A stretch of DNA of 64,000 bases from a virus. Position numbers and translations under genes: made by a program. Positions 50,363-58,435 of this stretch are shown one piece after another. The stretch lies in the IMG/VR virus record IMGVR_UViG_3300012971_000018, positions 47,907-111,906 of that record, one strand, 5' to 3'. The notes beneath the pieces are model-generated. The model saw only the letters and a list, made by a program, of their open reading frames with translations. It was not told the origin of the DNA and did no database searches. Numbering within the stretch: the first letter of the stretch is position 1; each line of letters starts with the position of its first letter.

Positions 50363-51460
50363 ATGAATCTGCAAGAGTCAATTGCCCAGTGGCGTGCCGA
50401 CCGGCCGCACCTGGAGGCCCGTGGCCTTAGCTTCGTTCCCGGAGCCGAGGTTGTCCGTTACATGCCGGACGAGTGGAAGCTTAATGCGGCCCTGGCGATG
50501 GATGCCATTCCGTTGCTGACGACCGATCCGAACGCCGGCATCCCCGTTATGCTTACGACCTCGATCGATCCCGAGGTCGTCCGCATCTTGTTCACTCCGA
50601 ACAAGGCCGCCATTATCTTCGGCGAGCGCAGGTCCGGGACTTGGCTCGACCAGACCCGCATCTTCCCGGTCGTCGAGCACGCTGGCGAGGTCTCCACCTA
50701 CGGCGACTACTCCGGCAACGGCGAGGCCCAGGTTAACACCGACTTCCCCAATCGCCAGGCATACCTGTTCCAGACCATTAAGGAGTACGGCGAGCTGGAG
50801 CTGGAGCGCATGGGCCTCGCGAAGCTTAACTGGGTCTCGGAGAAGGACCAGGCGGCGGCGCTTGTTATGAACAAGTACCTAAACCTGACCTACTTCTTCG
50901 GGGTCTCGGGGTTGCAGAACTACGGGCTGCTAAACGACCCCAACCTTAACGCCTCCATTACCCCCGCGACCAAGGCGTATGGCGGGACGAAGTGGATCGT
51001 GTCGGGCGTCGTGCAGGCCACCGCCAACGAGATATTTACCGACATCCAGTCCCTGTACCTTAAGCTGGTGCAGCAGACCAACGGTCTCGTGGCGGCCGAC
51101 TCGGCCCTGGTGCTCGCGATGTCTCCGCAGTCGGAGGTCGCGCTAACCACGACCAACACCTTCAACGTCAACGTGCACGACCTGCTTAAGAAGAACTTCC
51201 CGAAGTTGAAGGTCGAGACTGCGATCCAGTACGGTGCGATTAGCGCCTCCAACCCGCAGGGCATCGCGGCGGGCGAGTTCGCACAGCTTATCGCTGCCGA
51301 CATCGAGGGGCAGTCCACCGGCTGGTGCGCATTTAACGAGAAGATGCGCGCGCACCCGATTATTCGGGACCTCTCGTCGTTCCGCCAGAAGGTTACCGGC
51401 GGGACGTGGGGCACGATTATCCGCCAGCCGTTCGCGATCTCCAGCATTCTCGGTCTGTAG
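50363..51460 (+). CDS. Major capsid protein (DUF2184 type)
   Basis: NAGIP..LTT.IDP, GE..TYGDY, YGELELE, GLQNYGLLNDPNL, F.EKMRAH, GGTWG.II..P. Confidence 0.92.
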   Translation: MNLQESIAQWRADRPHLEARGLSFVPGAEVVRYMPDEWKLNAALAMDAIPLLTTDPNAGIPVMLTTSIDPEVVRILFTPNKAAIIFGERRSGTWLDQTRIFPVVEHAGEVSTYGDYSGNGEAQVNTDFPNRQAYLFQTIKEYGELELERMGLAKLNWVSEKDQAAALVMNKYLNLTYFFGVSGLQNYGLLNDPNLNASITPATKAYGGTKWIVSGVVQATANEIFTDIQSLYLKLVQQTNGLVAADSALVLAMSPQSEVALTTTNTFNVNVHDLLKKNFPKLKVETAIQYGAISASNPQGIAAGEFAQLIAADIEGQSTGWCAFNEKMRAHPIIRDLSSFRQKVTGGTWGTIIRQPFAISSILGL

Positions 51461-51474
51461 ACGCCCACTGCGCA

Positions 51475-51500
51475 AAAGGGTAGGGTCCGCCCTACCCTTT
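51475..51500 (+). terminator. Intrinsic terminator after the capsid gene
   Basis: AAAGGGTAGGG-TCCG-CCCTACCCTTT. Confidence 0.75.
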
Positions 51501-51521
51501 CGTGTCTTTGGAGGAGTAACC

Positions 51522-51983
51522 ATGGTCGAGCGTCTTAGTTCCGTGCGCCAGAACGTCTCCACGGTCTGCGTTGGCTGTAACCTGCCGAATGGCCTGGAGC
51601 TGCAATTGTTTGCCGAGCAGTCCGGAAGCGAGATGACCCCCCAAGGGCCGCGGGCTGTTAAAGTCTTCCGCAAGCACGGCGATCCGATTACGCTTAAGGG
51701 CGTGGCCTATCCCTTTGGCAAGATGCCCGAGCACCAGATAATCTCCGGCTACGCCGTAACGATGGTCCCGAAGGAATTCTGGGACAAGTGGTGCGCGCAG
51801 TTCCACGACCACGACGCGCTTAAGAACAAGTCGTTAATCGCCGCGGCCGACTTAAGCGATCTCCAGGCCAAGGTGCGCGAAGCCCGGCAGGCGAAGGTCC
51901 GCTCCGGTATGGAGGCTATCGACCCGAAGAACCCGCCGCCGGTCGGCGGCAGGGTAACGCCGGCAACGACGGGCAATGCTTAG
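51522..51983 (+). CDS. Conserved head-module protein
   Basis: V.VGCNLPNGL.L, GYAVT.VPKEFW..W, SGMEAIDP; GGAGG RBS. Confidence 0.7.
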   Translation: MVERLSSVRQNVSTVCVGCNLPNGLELQLFAEQSGSEMTPQGPRAVKVFRKHGDPITLKGVAYPFGKMPEHQIISGYAVTMVPKEFWDKWCAQFHDHDALKNKSLIAAADLSDLQAKVREARQAKVRSGMEAIDPKNPPPVGGRVTPATTGNA

Positions 51984-51986
51984 TAC

Positions 51987-52381
51987 GGTGTGGTTCGGTT
52001 TGGTCGGGTAAGGTCCGGTGTGGCGAGGTGTGGTCAGGTCGGGTGCGGTACGGCTAGGTGTGGTAAGGTAAGGTCTGGTTGGGTATGGTCAGGTCGGGTC
52101 CGGTGGGGTCGGTTCAGGTAAGGTGGGATGCGGTATGGTTCGGTTTGGTAAGGTAGGGTGCGGCATGGTTCGGTCCGGTCGGGTTAGGTACGGTCCGGTA
52201 GTGTGAGGTGGGGTGTGGCATGGTTCGGTAGTGTTGGGTATGGTTCGGTTTTGTTAGGTTGGGCATGGTTGGGTCTGGTTAGGCGTGGTTCGGTTTGGTC
52301 CGGTTTGGTCGGGTCGGGTAAGGTCTGGTTAGGTGTGGTACGCCGTGGTACGGTGCGGTCCGGTGGGGTAGGGTATGGTGT
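51987..52381 (+). repeat. GGY-NN pentamer tract, 79 units (putative guide ncRNA)
   Basis: Longest tract; 5-nt phase unbroken over 395 nt. Confidence 0.95.
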
Positions 52382-52464
52382 TTAATCTCGGTAGGGATAT
52401 CCTAATCGGGTTTGCAATCGGAGGGGCGGTCGGCATCTTCCAGCTTCTAATGTTCGGAGTTTAG
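52375..52464 (+). CDS. 29-aa hydrophobic peptide
   Basis: MVFNLGRDILIGFAIGGAVGIFQLLMFGV fills the gap between the tract and the DUF4054 gene. Confidence 0.45.
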   Translation: MVFNLGRDILIGFAIGGAVGIFQLLMFGV

Positions 52465-52466
52465 CC

Positions 52467-52937
52467 ATGGGTGTAATCGCATCGTTTAGCTACGACACCT
52501 TTATCGCGCTATTCCCCCAATTCAACTATCTTAGCGGAGCCCAGGTCCAGTTCTACTGGAACATGGCGACGGGCTTCCACCGCAACGATGGTGGTGGTCC
52601 GGTTACCAACGTGTGCATGCAGGAGGAAATGCTCCAGCTTGTTACGGCGCACGTTATCCAGCTTTTCGCTCCCAAGCGCGATGGCCAGGGTCCGTCCGAG
52701 CTGGTCGGTCGGATTAACAACGCGAGCCAGGGTTCGGTCTCGGTCGGCTCCGAGATGCCGGGCGCTACGGCGTCGTCGGCATGGTGGCAGCAGACGCAGT
52801 ACGGCGCCGCCTACTGGGAGCTTAGCAAGCCGTTCCGCACGATGCGCTACATCCCCGGTCCGCCGCGGCCGACGGCGCCTTGGCCGATCGCCGGCACGAC
52901 GTTTATCGGCGACGGACCGTGGGGATGGGGACGCTAG
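52467..52937 (+). CDS. Head-tail adaptor (DUF4054)
   Basis: F.ALFPQF, L.LVTAH, VGRI..ASQGSVSV, WWQQTQYGAAYW. Confidence 0.88.
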   Translation: MGVIASFSYDTFIALFPQFNYLSGAQVQFYWNMATGFHRNDGGGPVTNVCMQEEMLQLVTAHVIQLFAPKRDGQGPSELVGRINNASQGSVSVGSEMPGATASSAWWQQTQYGAAYWELSKPFRTMRYIPGPPRPTAPWPIAGTTFIGDGPWGWGR

Positions 52938-52946
52938 GAGGACACC

Positions 52947-53249
52947 ATGGACTACGATGCAGAGTGGATTAAGGTTCGCCAACGGCTGTCCGCTTTGGAA
53001 GCCACGTTGGGCGCGTTGGGCGCGTCCGTCCCGGCGATGGCTCTCCGGGACGAGGCTCCGGCCCCGGCTTCGGGAGACCCAGCGCCAAGCACTTTGGTGG
53101 CGGCGTACGACCGGCTCGACTACCTTACCGGACAGGTTGGGGACCTAAAAAGCCAGATCGACCGGCTGGAGGGGCGCGTTGCCGCCCTAGCGGCGCCCGC
53201 CCAGACGCCTTCCCCGGTTCCCGGGGACCCTACGGCCCCGGTAGCCTAG
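52947..53249 (+). CDS. Coiled-coil hypothetical protein
   Basis: AGGAGG RBS; heptad pattern. Confidence 0.6.
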   Translation: MDYDAEWIKVRQRLSALEATLGALGASVPAMALRDEAPAPASGDPAPSTLVAAYDRLDYLTGQVGDLKSQIDRLEGRVAALAAPAQTPSPVPGDPTAPVA

Positions 53250-53271
53250 AAAACGCGCCTACGGGCCTCCT

Positions 53272-53721
53272 ATGGCGACGGTGTCGGGAGGTAGGCGGTT
53301 AGAGCAGGCCCTTCTCGACATCGCCTACCGGCTCGGGAGCAATCCGCAGACCCTTAAGGTCGGGTTCCTGCAAGGCGCGACCTACCCGGACGGGACCCCG
53401 GTCGCGCTTATCGCTGCCATCCACAACTACGGCGCCCCGCGGGCCAACATCCCGCCGCGGCCGTTCTTCTCGAATATGATTAGAGAGAACGCCCACAAGT
53501 GGCCGGATGCGGTCTCGAAGAACCTTAAAGCCACCAATTACAGTGTCGACCGGACCCTCCACCGGCTGGGCGAAGGAATTAAGGGCCAGCTCCAGCAGGC
53601 CATCCGCGATTTCGCCGAGGTCCCGCTTAAGCCGGCGACGATCCGGCGCAAGGGCTTCGACAAGCAGCTAATCGATACCGGGCACATGCTGCGGTCGGTG
53701 GCCTACAAGGTGGAGGACTAA
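53272..53721 (+). CDS. Neck / tail-completion protein
   Basis: LKVGF...ATYPDG, IPPRPF, TIRRKGFDKQLIDTG.M..SV. Confidence 0.85.
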   Translation: MATVSGGRRLEQALLDIAYRLGSNPQTLKVGFLQGATYPDGTPVALIAAIHNYGAPRANIPPRPFFSNMIRENAHKWPDAVSKNLKATNYSVDRTLHRLGEGIKGQLQQAIRDFAEVPLKPATIRRKGFDKQLIDTGHMLRSVAYKVED

Positions 53722-54641
53722 TGCGCTTCCTCGTTAATATGTGCAACCATTCCTCGTTGGGCCAGACCTCCTTGGAGGACGTTATTGGCATCTTTGGCCA
53801 CCAGCTTCGCGCGCTCGGCCACCAGATCGTCTGGGACCCGAAAAATCTAAGCTTCCTAAATACCATGAAAATGGAAGGGATGAACATAATCGTCGAGGGG
53901 TTTACCCGGCCGGTAATCGATCTAATAGCGAATGCCTACTCGCAGGGTGCCCGGTTTATAATAATAGCTACGGAAGAGCCGACCCCGCAGGGCTTTAACC
54001 ACGGGACCCAGTTGGAGATGGTCCGCCGGCAGGAGATGTTCCCGCAGGCCGCCAAGTTCTGCGAAGGGATTATCTGTCTCGTCCCCGGCAAGCACGTAAC
54101 CGATTGGTACGGACAGTGGGCGCCGACGGCCTGGACCGAGCTGGGGTGGGCGCCGACGCTGGTGCGTTATACCAACCATGTCCCAACCCACGACTTCGGC
54201 TTCTACGGCTCGCTCTCGACCCGCCGCCACAAGATCGTAAAGCGGCTCGCGAAACGGTCCGGATCGGTAAAGGGCGTGCGGCTTATCGCCGACTTCCCGT
54301 CGCAGATCGAGCGCGACAATGCAATGCGCGACGCCAAGGTTATCGTCCAGATACGCAAGTTCGACCAGATGGGCTTGGTCTCCTCCTCGCGCTGCAATAC
54401 GGCGCTGTGCCTGGGGCGGCCGGTGGTCGCGGAGCCACATGACTTATCGAAACCGTGGGACGAGATCGTACGGTTTACCGATACGATCGAGCAGTTCTAC
54501 GATACCTGCCTGTTCGTTCGGTCGTTGTGGAGGGATATCCATCGCCAGCAGATGGAGGCGTTCCGGACCAAGCTGTCGCCCGAGAACTGCGTAGGACGGG
54601 CGTTTCGCGAGATCGGGTTGTTCAAATCGGAGGCGGCGTAA
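53721..54641 (+). CDS. Hypothetical protein, possible GT-B-like
   Basis: DFGFYGS...RR, AKVIV.IR, G.PVVAE. Confidence 0.5.
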   Translation: MRFLVNMCNHSSLGQTSLEDVIGIFGHQLRALGHQIVWDPKNLSFLNTMKMEGMNIIVEGFTRPVIDLIANAYSQGARFIIIATEEPTPQGFNHGTQLEMVRRQEMFPQAAKFCEGIICLVPGKHVTDWYGQWAPTAWTELGWAPTLVRYTNHVPTHDFGFYGSLSTRRHKIVKRLAKRSGSVKGVRLIADFPSQIERDNAMRDAKVIVQIRKFDQMGLVSSSRCNTALCLGRPVVAEPHDLSKPWDEIVRFTDTIEQFYDTCLFVRSLWRDIHRQQMEAFRTKLSPENCVGRAFREIGLFKSEAA

Positions 54642-55174
54642 TGGACGGCAAAACTGGTGGGGACGGTAGCTATGTGGGTTTGGCCCTGGGCGATACCGTT
54701 AGTTTTACAGGCGGAGCCGGTGGGACCTCCACGAACATCGTGGTCCCGGCCCCGGCCCAGCGCAAGTACCTTCCGACGCTCGCCGATCTCGTGGATCGGT
54801 TGACGATCGTCCAGCTAAAGGCGATCTTCCTGCCGGAGCACACCGAGGAATACGTCCAGGAGCGTGCCGATATCGAGCACGACATCGACCTAATTATCGA
54901 GGAGAAGGACATCCGGTTTACGGCCGCGGATGTGCATGCCATATGCATGATTATGCTTACCAACCGGTTTATCTGGGAAAACGAGTCCAAGGCCCGGGCC
55001 GGCGGCGACGAGCAGGACAAGCTGCTTAAGACCACCCATTCAATAAACGGCGTCCGCAACACCGCGAAGAACGCGCTGTCGCGGGCCGACAGTGGCCGTC
55101 GGGACTACAAAATTGACTCGCTGGCGGCCGACCTTCCTTCTGAATTCGGAAATTGGAGGGTGTTCGGGGTATAG
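54641..55174 (+). CDS. Helical hypothetical protein
   Basis: LADLVDRLTIVQLK...N..IWE.E...R pattern, seen in sugar-modification loci. Confidence 0.55.
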   Translation: MDGKTGGDGSYVGLALGDTVSFTGGAGGTSTNIVVPAPAQRKYLPTLADLVDRLTIVQLKAIFLPEHTEEYVQERADIEHDIDLIIEEKDIRFTAADVHAICMIMLTNRFIWENESKARAGGDEQDKLLKTTHSINGVRNTAKNALSRADSGRRDYKIDSLAADLPSEFGNWRVFGV

Positions 55175-55186
55175 CTTGGTTGTTGC

Positions 55187-55725
55187 GGTCCGGTCCGGTG
55201 GGGTGTGGTGGGGTCTGGTCCGGTTTGGTAAGGTGGCGTGGGGTGGGGTAGGGTTCGGTTCGGTATGGTTTGGTGAGGTGCGGTAAGGTAGGGCTTTATT
55301 TGTAGATTTTCTGCGGTGGGGTATGGTTCGGTCTGGTGAGGCGAGGTGCGGTAAGGTCGGGTGATGTGCGGTGGGGTATGGTCGGGTGGGGTCTGGTCCG
55401 GTATGGTAGGGCTTTATTTGTAGATTTTCTGCGGTCGGGTTAGGTGAGGTACGGTATGGTGCGGTCCGGTAAGGTTGGGTGTGGTCGGGTATGGTCGGGT
55501 GCCGTTCGGTGAGGTGTGGTGGAGTCGGGTTAGGTTGGGTCCGGTAAGGTGCGGTCTGGTAGGGCTTTATTTGTAGATTTTCTGCGGTGCGGTCTGGTAC
55601 GGCGAGGTAAGGCGAGGTAGGGTGCGGTCAGGTGACGTCGGGTGCGGTTCGGTCAGGTGCGGTAAGGTTTGGTCAGGTGCGGTATGGTGCGGTGCGGTGT
55701 TGTGAGGTAAGGTGTGGTAAGGTCC
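55187..55725 (+). ncRNA. Array of four GGY-NN units (21, 19, 26 and 28 pentamers) separated by an identical linker; putative guide-RNA array
   Basis: GGTAGGGC-TTTATTTGTAGATTTTCTGC occurs exactly three times (linkers 55295-55314, 55413-55432, 55566-55585). Confidence 0.85.
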
Positions 55726-55741
55726 TTAAAGGAGACGTAAC

Positions 55742-56071
55742 GTGGTAACTGTCTACGTACATATTGTTGGTACCACACCATTGCTGCACCGCCGGTTCGA
55801 CGATTTCTTCCCATCCAATTGGATTATCGGTGCGATCCGCGAGGCCGCCTCGAACCACAAGCTCCGCGGCTCGCGCAAATTGGCGAAGCTCTTGGTTCCG
55901 GTTGCGGTCCATGTTCCCACCGAGAACATCCAGCTCCTTACCGGTGATGGCAAATCGCACATTAAGGACTGTAATGTCGAGGTACTTATAGCGTATCGGC
56001 AGGGCCGACGGATTGTATTTTGGTCCGGTGTGTTAAGGGGTGGTCCGGCATGGTCGGGTTGGGTCGGGTAA
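55742..56071 (+). pseudogene. Internally deleted, truncated paralog of the RAMP-like gene
   Basis: Same AAGGAGACGTAACGTG start; FPS.WI.G.IREA.SNHKLRGSRK and L.GDGKS.IKD shared with 56151-56726; lacks about 34 aa and the whole C-terminal half. Confidence 0.8.
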
Positions 56072-56095
56072 GTTTGTTCAGGTTGGGTATGGCTC
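56022..56095 (+). repeat. Short degenerate GGY-NN tract
   Basis: About 14 units with several motif substitutions and one slip. Confidence 0.7.
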
Positions 56096-56150
56096 TTAAG
56101 TCAGTGTAAAGCAACGTAAGCAACGTAAACGCAAACTAAGGAGACGTAAC

Positions 56151-56726
56151 GTGCTAACTATCGACATCCAGCTTCTTGGTACCACTGCAATGCTGCACCA
56201 CAAGTTCGAGGCGGAGGCGGAGAACCCGAAGGCGACGAGGAACGTCGTCGTCGACCACGGCACCCCCCGCGAGCAGGCCGAGAAGGTCGTCTACCGCGAC
56301 GACAATGGTCTGTTCTACTTCCCGTCCAGTTGGATTACCGGTTCGATCCGGGAGGCCGGCTCGAACCACAAGCTCCGCGGCTCGCGCAAGTCCACCAAGT
56401 TCGTGGTCCCGGCGGCGATCCGCGTCGTCTCGCCGGACATCCCGCTCCTTAACGGCGACGGCAAGTCGCGCATTAAGGACTACGAGGTCGACAGCCGCCC
56501 GGTTACGATCCCGGCGACCAAGGGCCGGATTATGCGGCACCGCCCCCGGTTCGATTGCTGGTCGGCGAAGTTCCCCTTGGTTATTAACGACGACCTGCTG
56601 CCGGAGGAGTTCGTCCAGCAGTTGCTTACCGAGGCCGGCCAGTCGCAGGGCATCGGCGATTTCCGCCCCAACACCCGCGGCCCCTTCGGCTGCTTCCGGG
56701 TCGTTTCCTGGGCCAAGGCGAAGTAA
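56151..56726 (+). CDS. Standalone RAMP/Cas7-like RNA-binding protein (putative effector of the GGY-NN RNAs)
   Basis: N-terminal strand I.I.LLGTT.MLHH, YFPSSWITGSIREA helix, R.RPRF..W, C-terminal Gly-rich loop AG...GIGDFRP..GPFGCFRV; AAGGAG RBS; tracts on both sides. Confidence 0.75.
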   Translation: MLTIDIQLLGTTAMLHHKFEAEAENPKATRNVVVDHGTPREQAEKVVYRDDNGLFYFPSSWITGSIREAGSNHKLRGSRKSTKFVVPAAIRVVSPDIPLLNGDGKSRIKDYEVDSRPVTIPATKGRIMRHRPRFDCWSAKFPLVINDDLLPEEFVQQLLTEAGQSQGIGDFRPNTRGPFGCFRVVSWAKAK

Positions 56727-56759
56727 CGCGGCGGGCCTGTGCATTTAATAGGCCAGCAG

Positions 56760-56800
56760 AGGGCGGGGACTGTGTCCCCGCCTTCCCTCCATTCTGTTTT
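56760..56800 (+). terminator. GC-rich hairpin between the RAMP-like gene and the next tract
   Basis: GGCGGGGAC-TGT-GTCCCCGCC followed by a pyrimidine/T run. Confidence 0.55.
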
Positions 56801-56801
56801 T

Positions 56802-57036
56802 GGTCCGGTGTGGTCGGGTCCGGTGCGGTTGGGTTGGGTACGGTCTGGTTCGGTATGGTCAGGTCCGGTTGGGTACGGTATGGTTTGGTAAGGTTTGGTG
56901 CGGTAAGGTTCGGTTGGGTGCGGTCTGGTAGGGTCGGGTCCGGTATGGTCCGGTTCGGTGGGGTCCGGTTCGGTGGGGTAGGGTTCGGTGGGGTCCGGTT
57001 CGGTGGGGTAGGGTTTGGTTTGGTGAGGTTTGGCCG
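56802..57036 (+). repeat. GGY-NN pentamer tract, 47 units
   Basis: In-phase pentamers with an internal tandem duplication near the 3' end. Confidence 0.95.
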
Positions 57037-57131
57037 TGGCTTCCGGTATTTGGCGACAGATAATTGTCTTTGTGGTTATCCAATCGGTTCCGATCGCGCT
57101 CGCGTTGGTGCTAATCGGAATGTTGCGGTAG
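57036..57131 (+). CDS. 31-aa hydrophobic peptide between two tracts
   Basis: GTG..TAG, MASGIWRQIIVFVVIQSVPIALALVLIGMLR. Confidence 0.45.
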   Translation: MASGIWRQIIVFVVIQSVPIALALVLIGMLR

Positions 57132-57231
57132 GGTCGGGTAAGGTGCGGTCGGGTCAGGTTTGGTCTGGTGCGGCGAGGTGGGGTATGCCGAGGTCCGGTA
57201 TGGCGAGGTTAGGTCGGGTAAGGTAGGGTTT
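57127..57231 (+). repeat. GGY-NN pentamer tract, 21 units
   Basis: Ends ggtaa ggtag ggttt immediately before ATG 57232. Confidence 0.95.
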
Positions 57232-57792
57232 ATGGCTGATAAAACTCCGTACTTCCTCGCACTGTGCGAGGCGATGCGTCTGTTAAGCATGGACCCACGT
57301 ACGTTCTTCGTCGGCCAGGGCGTCGGATGCGCGGGCACGTTTATGACCGACACGCTGCGCGACGTCCCGAAAGAGAAGCTTCTCGAATTCCCGGTGGCCG
57401 AGGACTTGCAGCTCGGGTTTTGTACCGGGCTGTCGCTTAAGGGCTTCGTCCCGGTTAGCATCTTCCCGCGCTGGAACTTCCTCGTCTGCGCGGCGAACCA
57501 GTTGGTAAACCATCTCGACAAGCTGCCGTTGTTCTCGGACTACCATCCGAAGGTTATAATCCGGACCGCGGCGCCGTCGTCGGTACCGATCGACCCCGGT
57601 CCCCAGCACATGGGGAACTACTCGGTGGCGTTCCGGTCGATGCTGGAGACGGTCGACATCGTCGACCTGTACATGGCCGAGAGTATCGTCCCGGCCTATG
57701 CCGCGGCGCTCGCGTCCCGACGCTCGACGATCCTGGTGGAAAGCATGGCGGCCTATGGGTGGTCTACCCCGCCGTCGGGGGTTTCGCGATGA
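57232..57792 (+). CDS. TPP-dependent enzyme, E1-beta/transketolase pyrimidine-binding subunit
   Basis: FVGQGV, EFPVAEDLQLG..TGL, NQLVNHLDK, GPQH. Confidence 0.85.
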   Translation: MADKTPYFLALCEAMRLLSMDPRTFFVGQGVGCAGTFMTDTLRDVPKEKLLEFPVAEDLQLGFCTGLSLKGFVPVSIFPRWNFLVCAANQLVNHLDKLPLFSDYHPKVIIRTAAPSSVPIDPGPQHMGNYSVAFRSMLETVDIVDLYMAESIVPAYAAALASRRSTILVESMAAYGWSTPPSGVSR

Positions 57793-58433
57793 CCTCCGCG
57801 AGTAAGGACTATACCGCGGAACGGCTGCTGCGGTTCGAGCAGCAAATCGCCGACGAGTTCGAGACCGGAGCGATCCGGGCGCCTATCCATCTCGGCGGTG
57901 GGAACGAGGCGCAGCTTATCGACTACTTTAACACCAGCGTACAGGACTGGGACTGGGTACTCTGCTCGTGGCGGTCGCACTACCACTGCCTGCTTAAGGG
58001 CGTTCCGCCGGACGTGCTGCGCGCGGCTATTCGTGCCGGACGGTCGGTCTCCCTGTGCTTCCCGGACCAGCGGATACTGTCGTCTGGCATTGTCGGCGGG
58101 ACCGCTCCGATTGCGCTCGGGCTGGCATGGCCTGGGAACTACACAGCGCCTACGCCTACACCGATCCGGGTGCACTGCTTTATAGGGGACATGACCGAGA
58201 AGGCGGGCATCGTGCGCGAGGCGATGGAGTACGGTGCGCGCCACGGTCTTAGCATCGTCTGGATCGTCGAGGACAACGGGCTATCGGTCTGCACACCGAC
58301 GGATGTGTCGTGGGGACTTGGGAAAACGCCTGTTAACAGGCTGTCGTACAAGTACGAGCTTTCGCGGCCCCATGCCGGAACCGGCCGGTGGGTCGATTTT
58401 AGCAGAGGAAGCGCGAGCAAAACGGGGTTTTGA
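57789..58433 (+). CDS. TPP-dependent enzyme, E1-alpha subunit
   Basis: PIHLGGGNE, SWRSHYH.L.KG, SGIVGG, FIGD...EDNGLS TPP motif. Confidence 0.85.
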   Translation: MTSASKDYTAERLLRFEQQIADEFETGAIRAPIHLGGGNEAQLIDYFNTSVQDWDWVLCSWRSHYHCLLKGVPPDVLRAAIRAGRSVSLCFPDQRILSSGIVGGTAPIALGLAWPGNYTAPTPTPIRVHCFIGDMTEKAGIVREAMEYGARHGLSIVWIVEDNGLSVCTPTDVSWGLGKTPVNRLSYKYELSRPHAGTGRWVDFSRGSASKTGF

Positions 58434-58435
58434 AC

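Noticed and set aside
51987-52381. Simple microsatellite, telomere-like repeat or assembly artefact
   Set aside because: The NN positions are highly diverse rather than homogenised, phase is conserved, and tracts respect gene boundaries; two-tier G-quadruplex formation is possible but does not explain the linkers or the adjacent RAMP-like gene
55187-55725. Classical CRISPR array
   Set aside because: The linker is only about 20-28 nt and non-palindromic, the 'spacers' are 100-140 nt and internally periodic, and no cas1/cas2 or nuclease gene is present
57127-57262. Gapped match of the 57127 tract (AA GC CG CA TT CT GC) to the start of the downstream gene (K T P Y F L A)
   Set aside because: Only 4 of 7 dinucleotides are exact, within chance; similar weak resemblances for the 59586 and 21436 tracts were also discarded
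57232-58433. Pyruvate dehydrogenase auxiliary metabolic genes or host DNA
   Set aside because: The subunits are short, there is no E2/E3, the context is nucleotide-sugar enzymes, and the codon-junction signature and tracts match the rest of the phage
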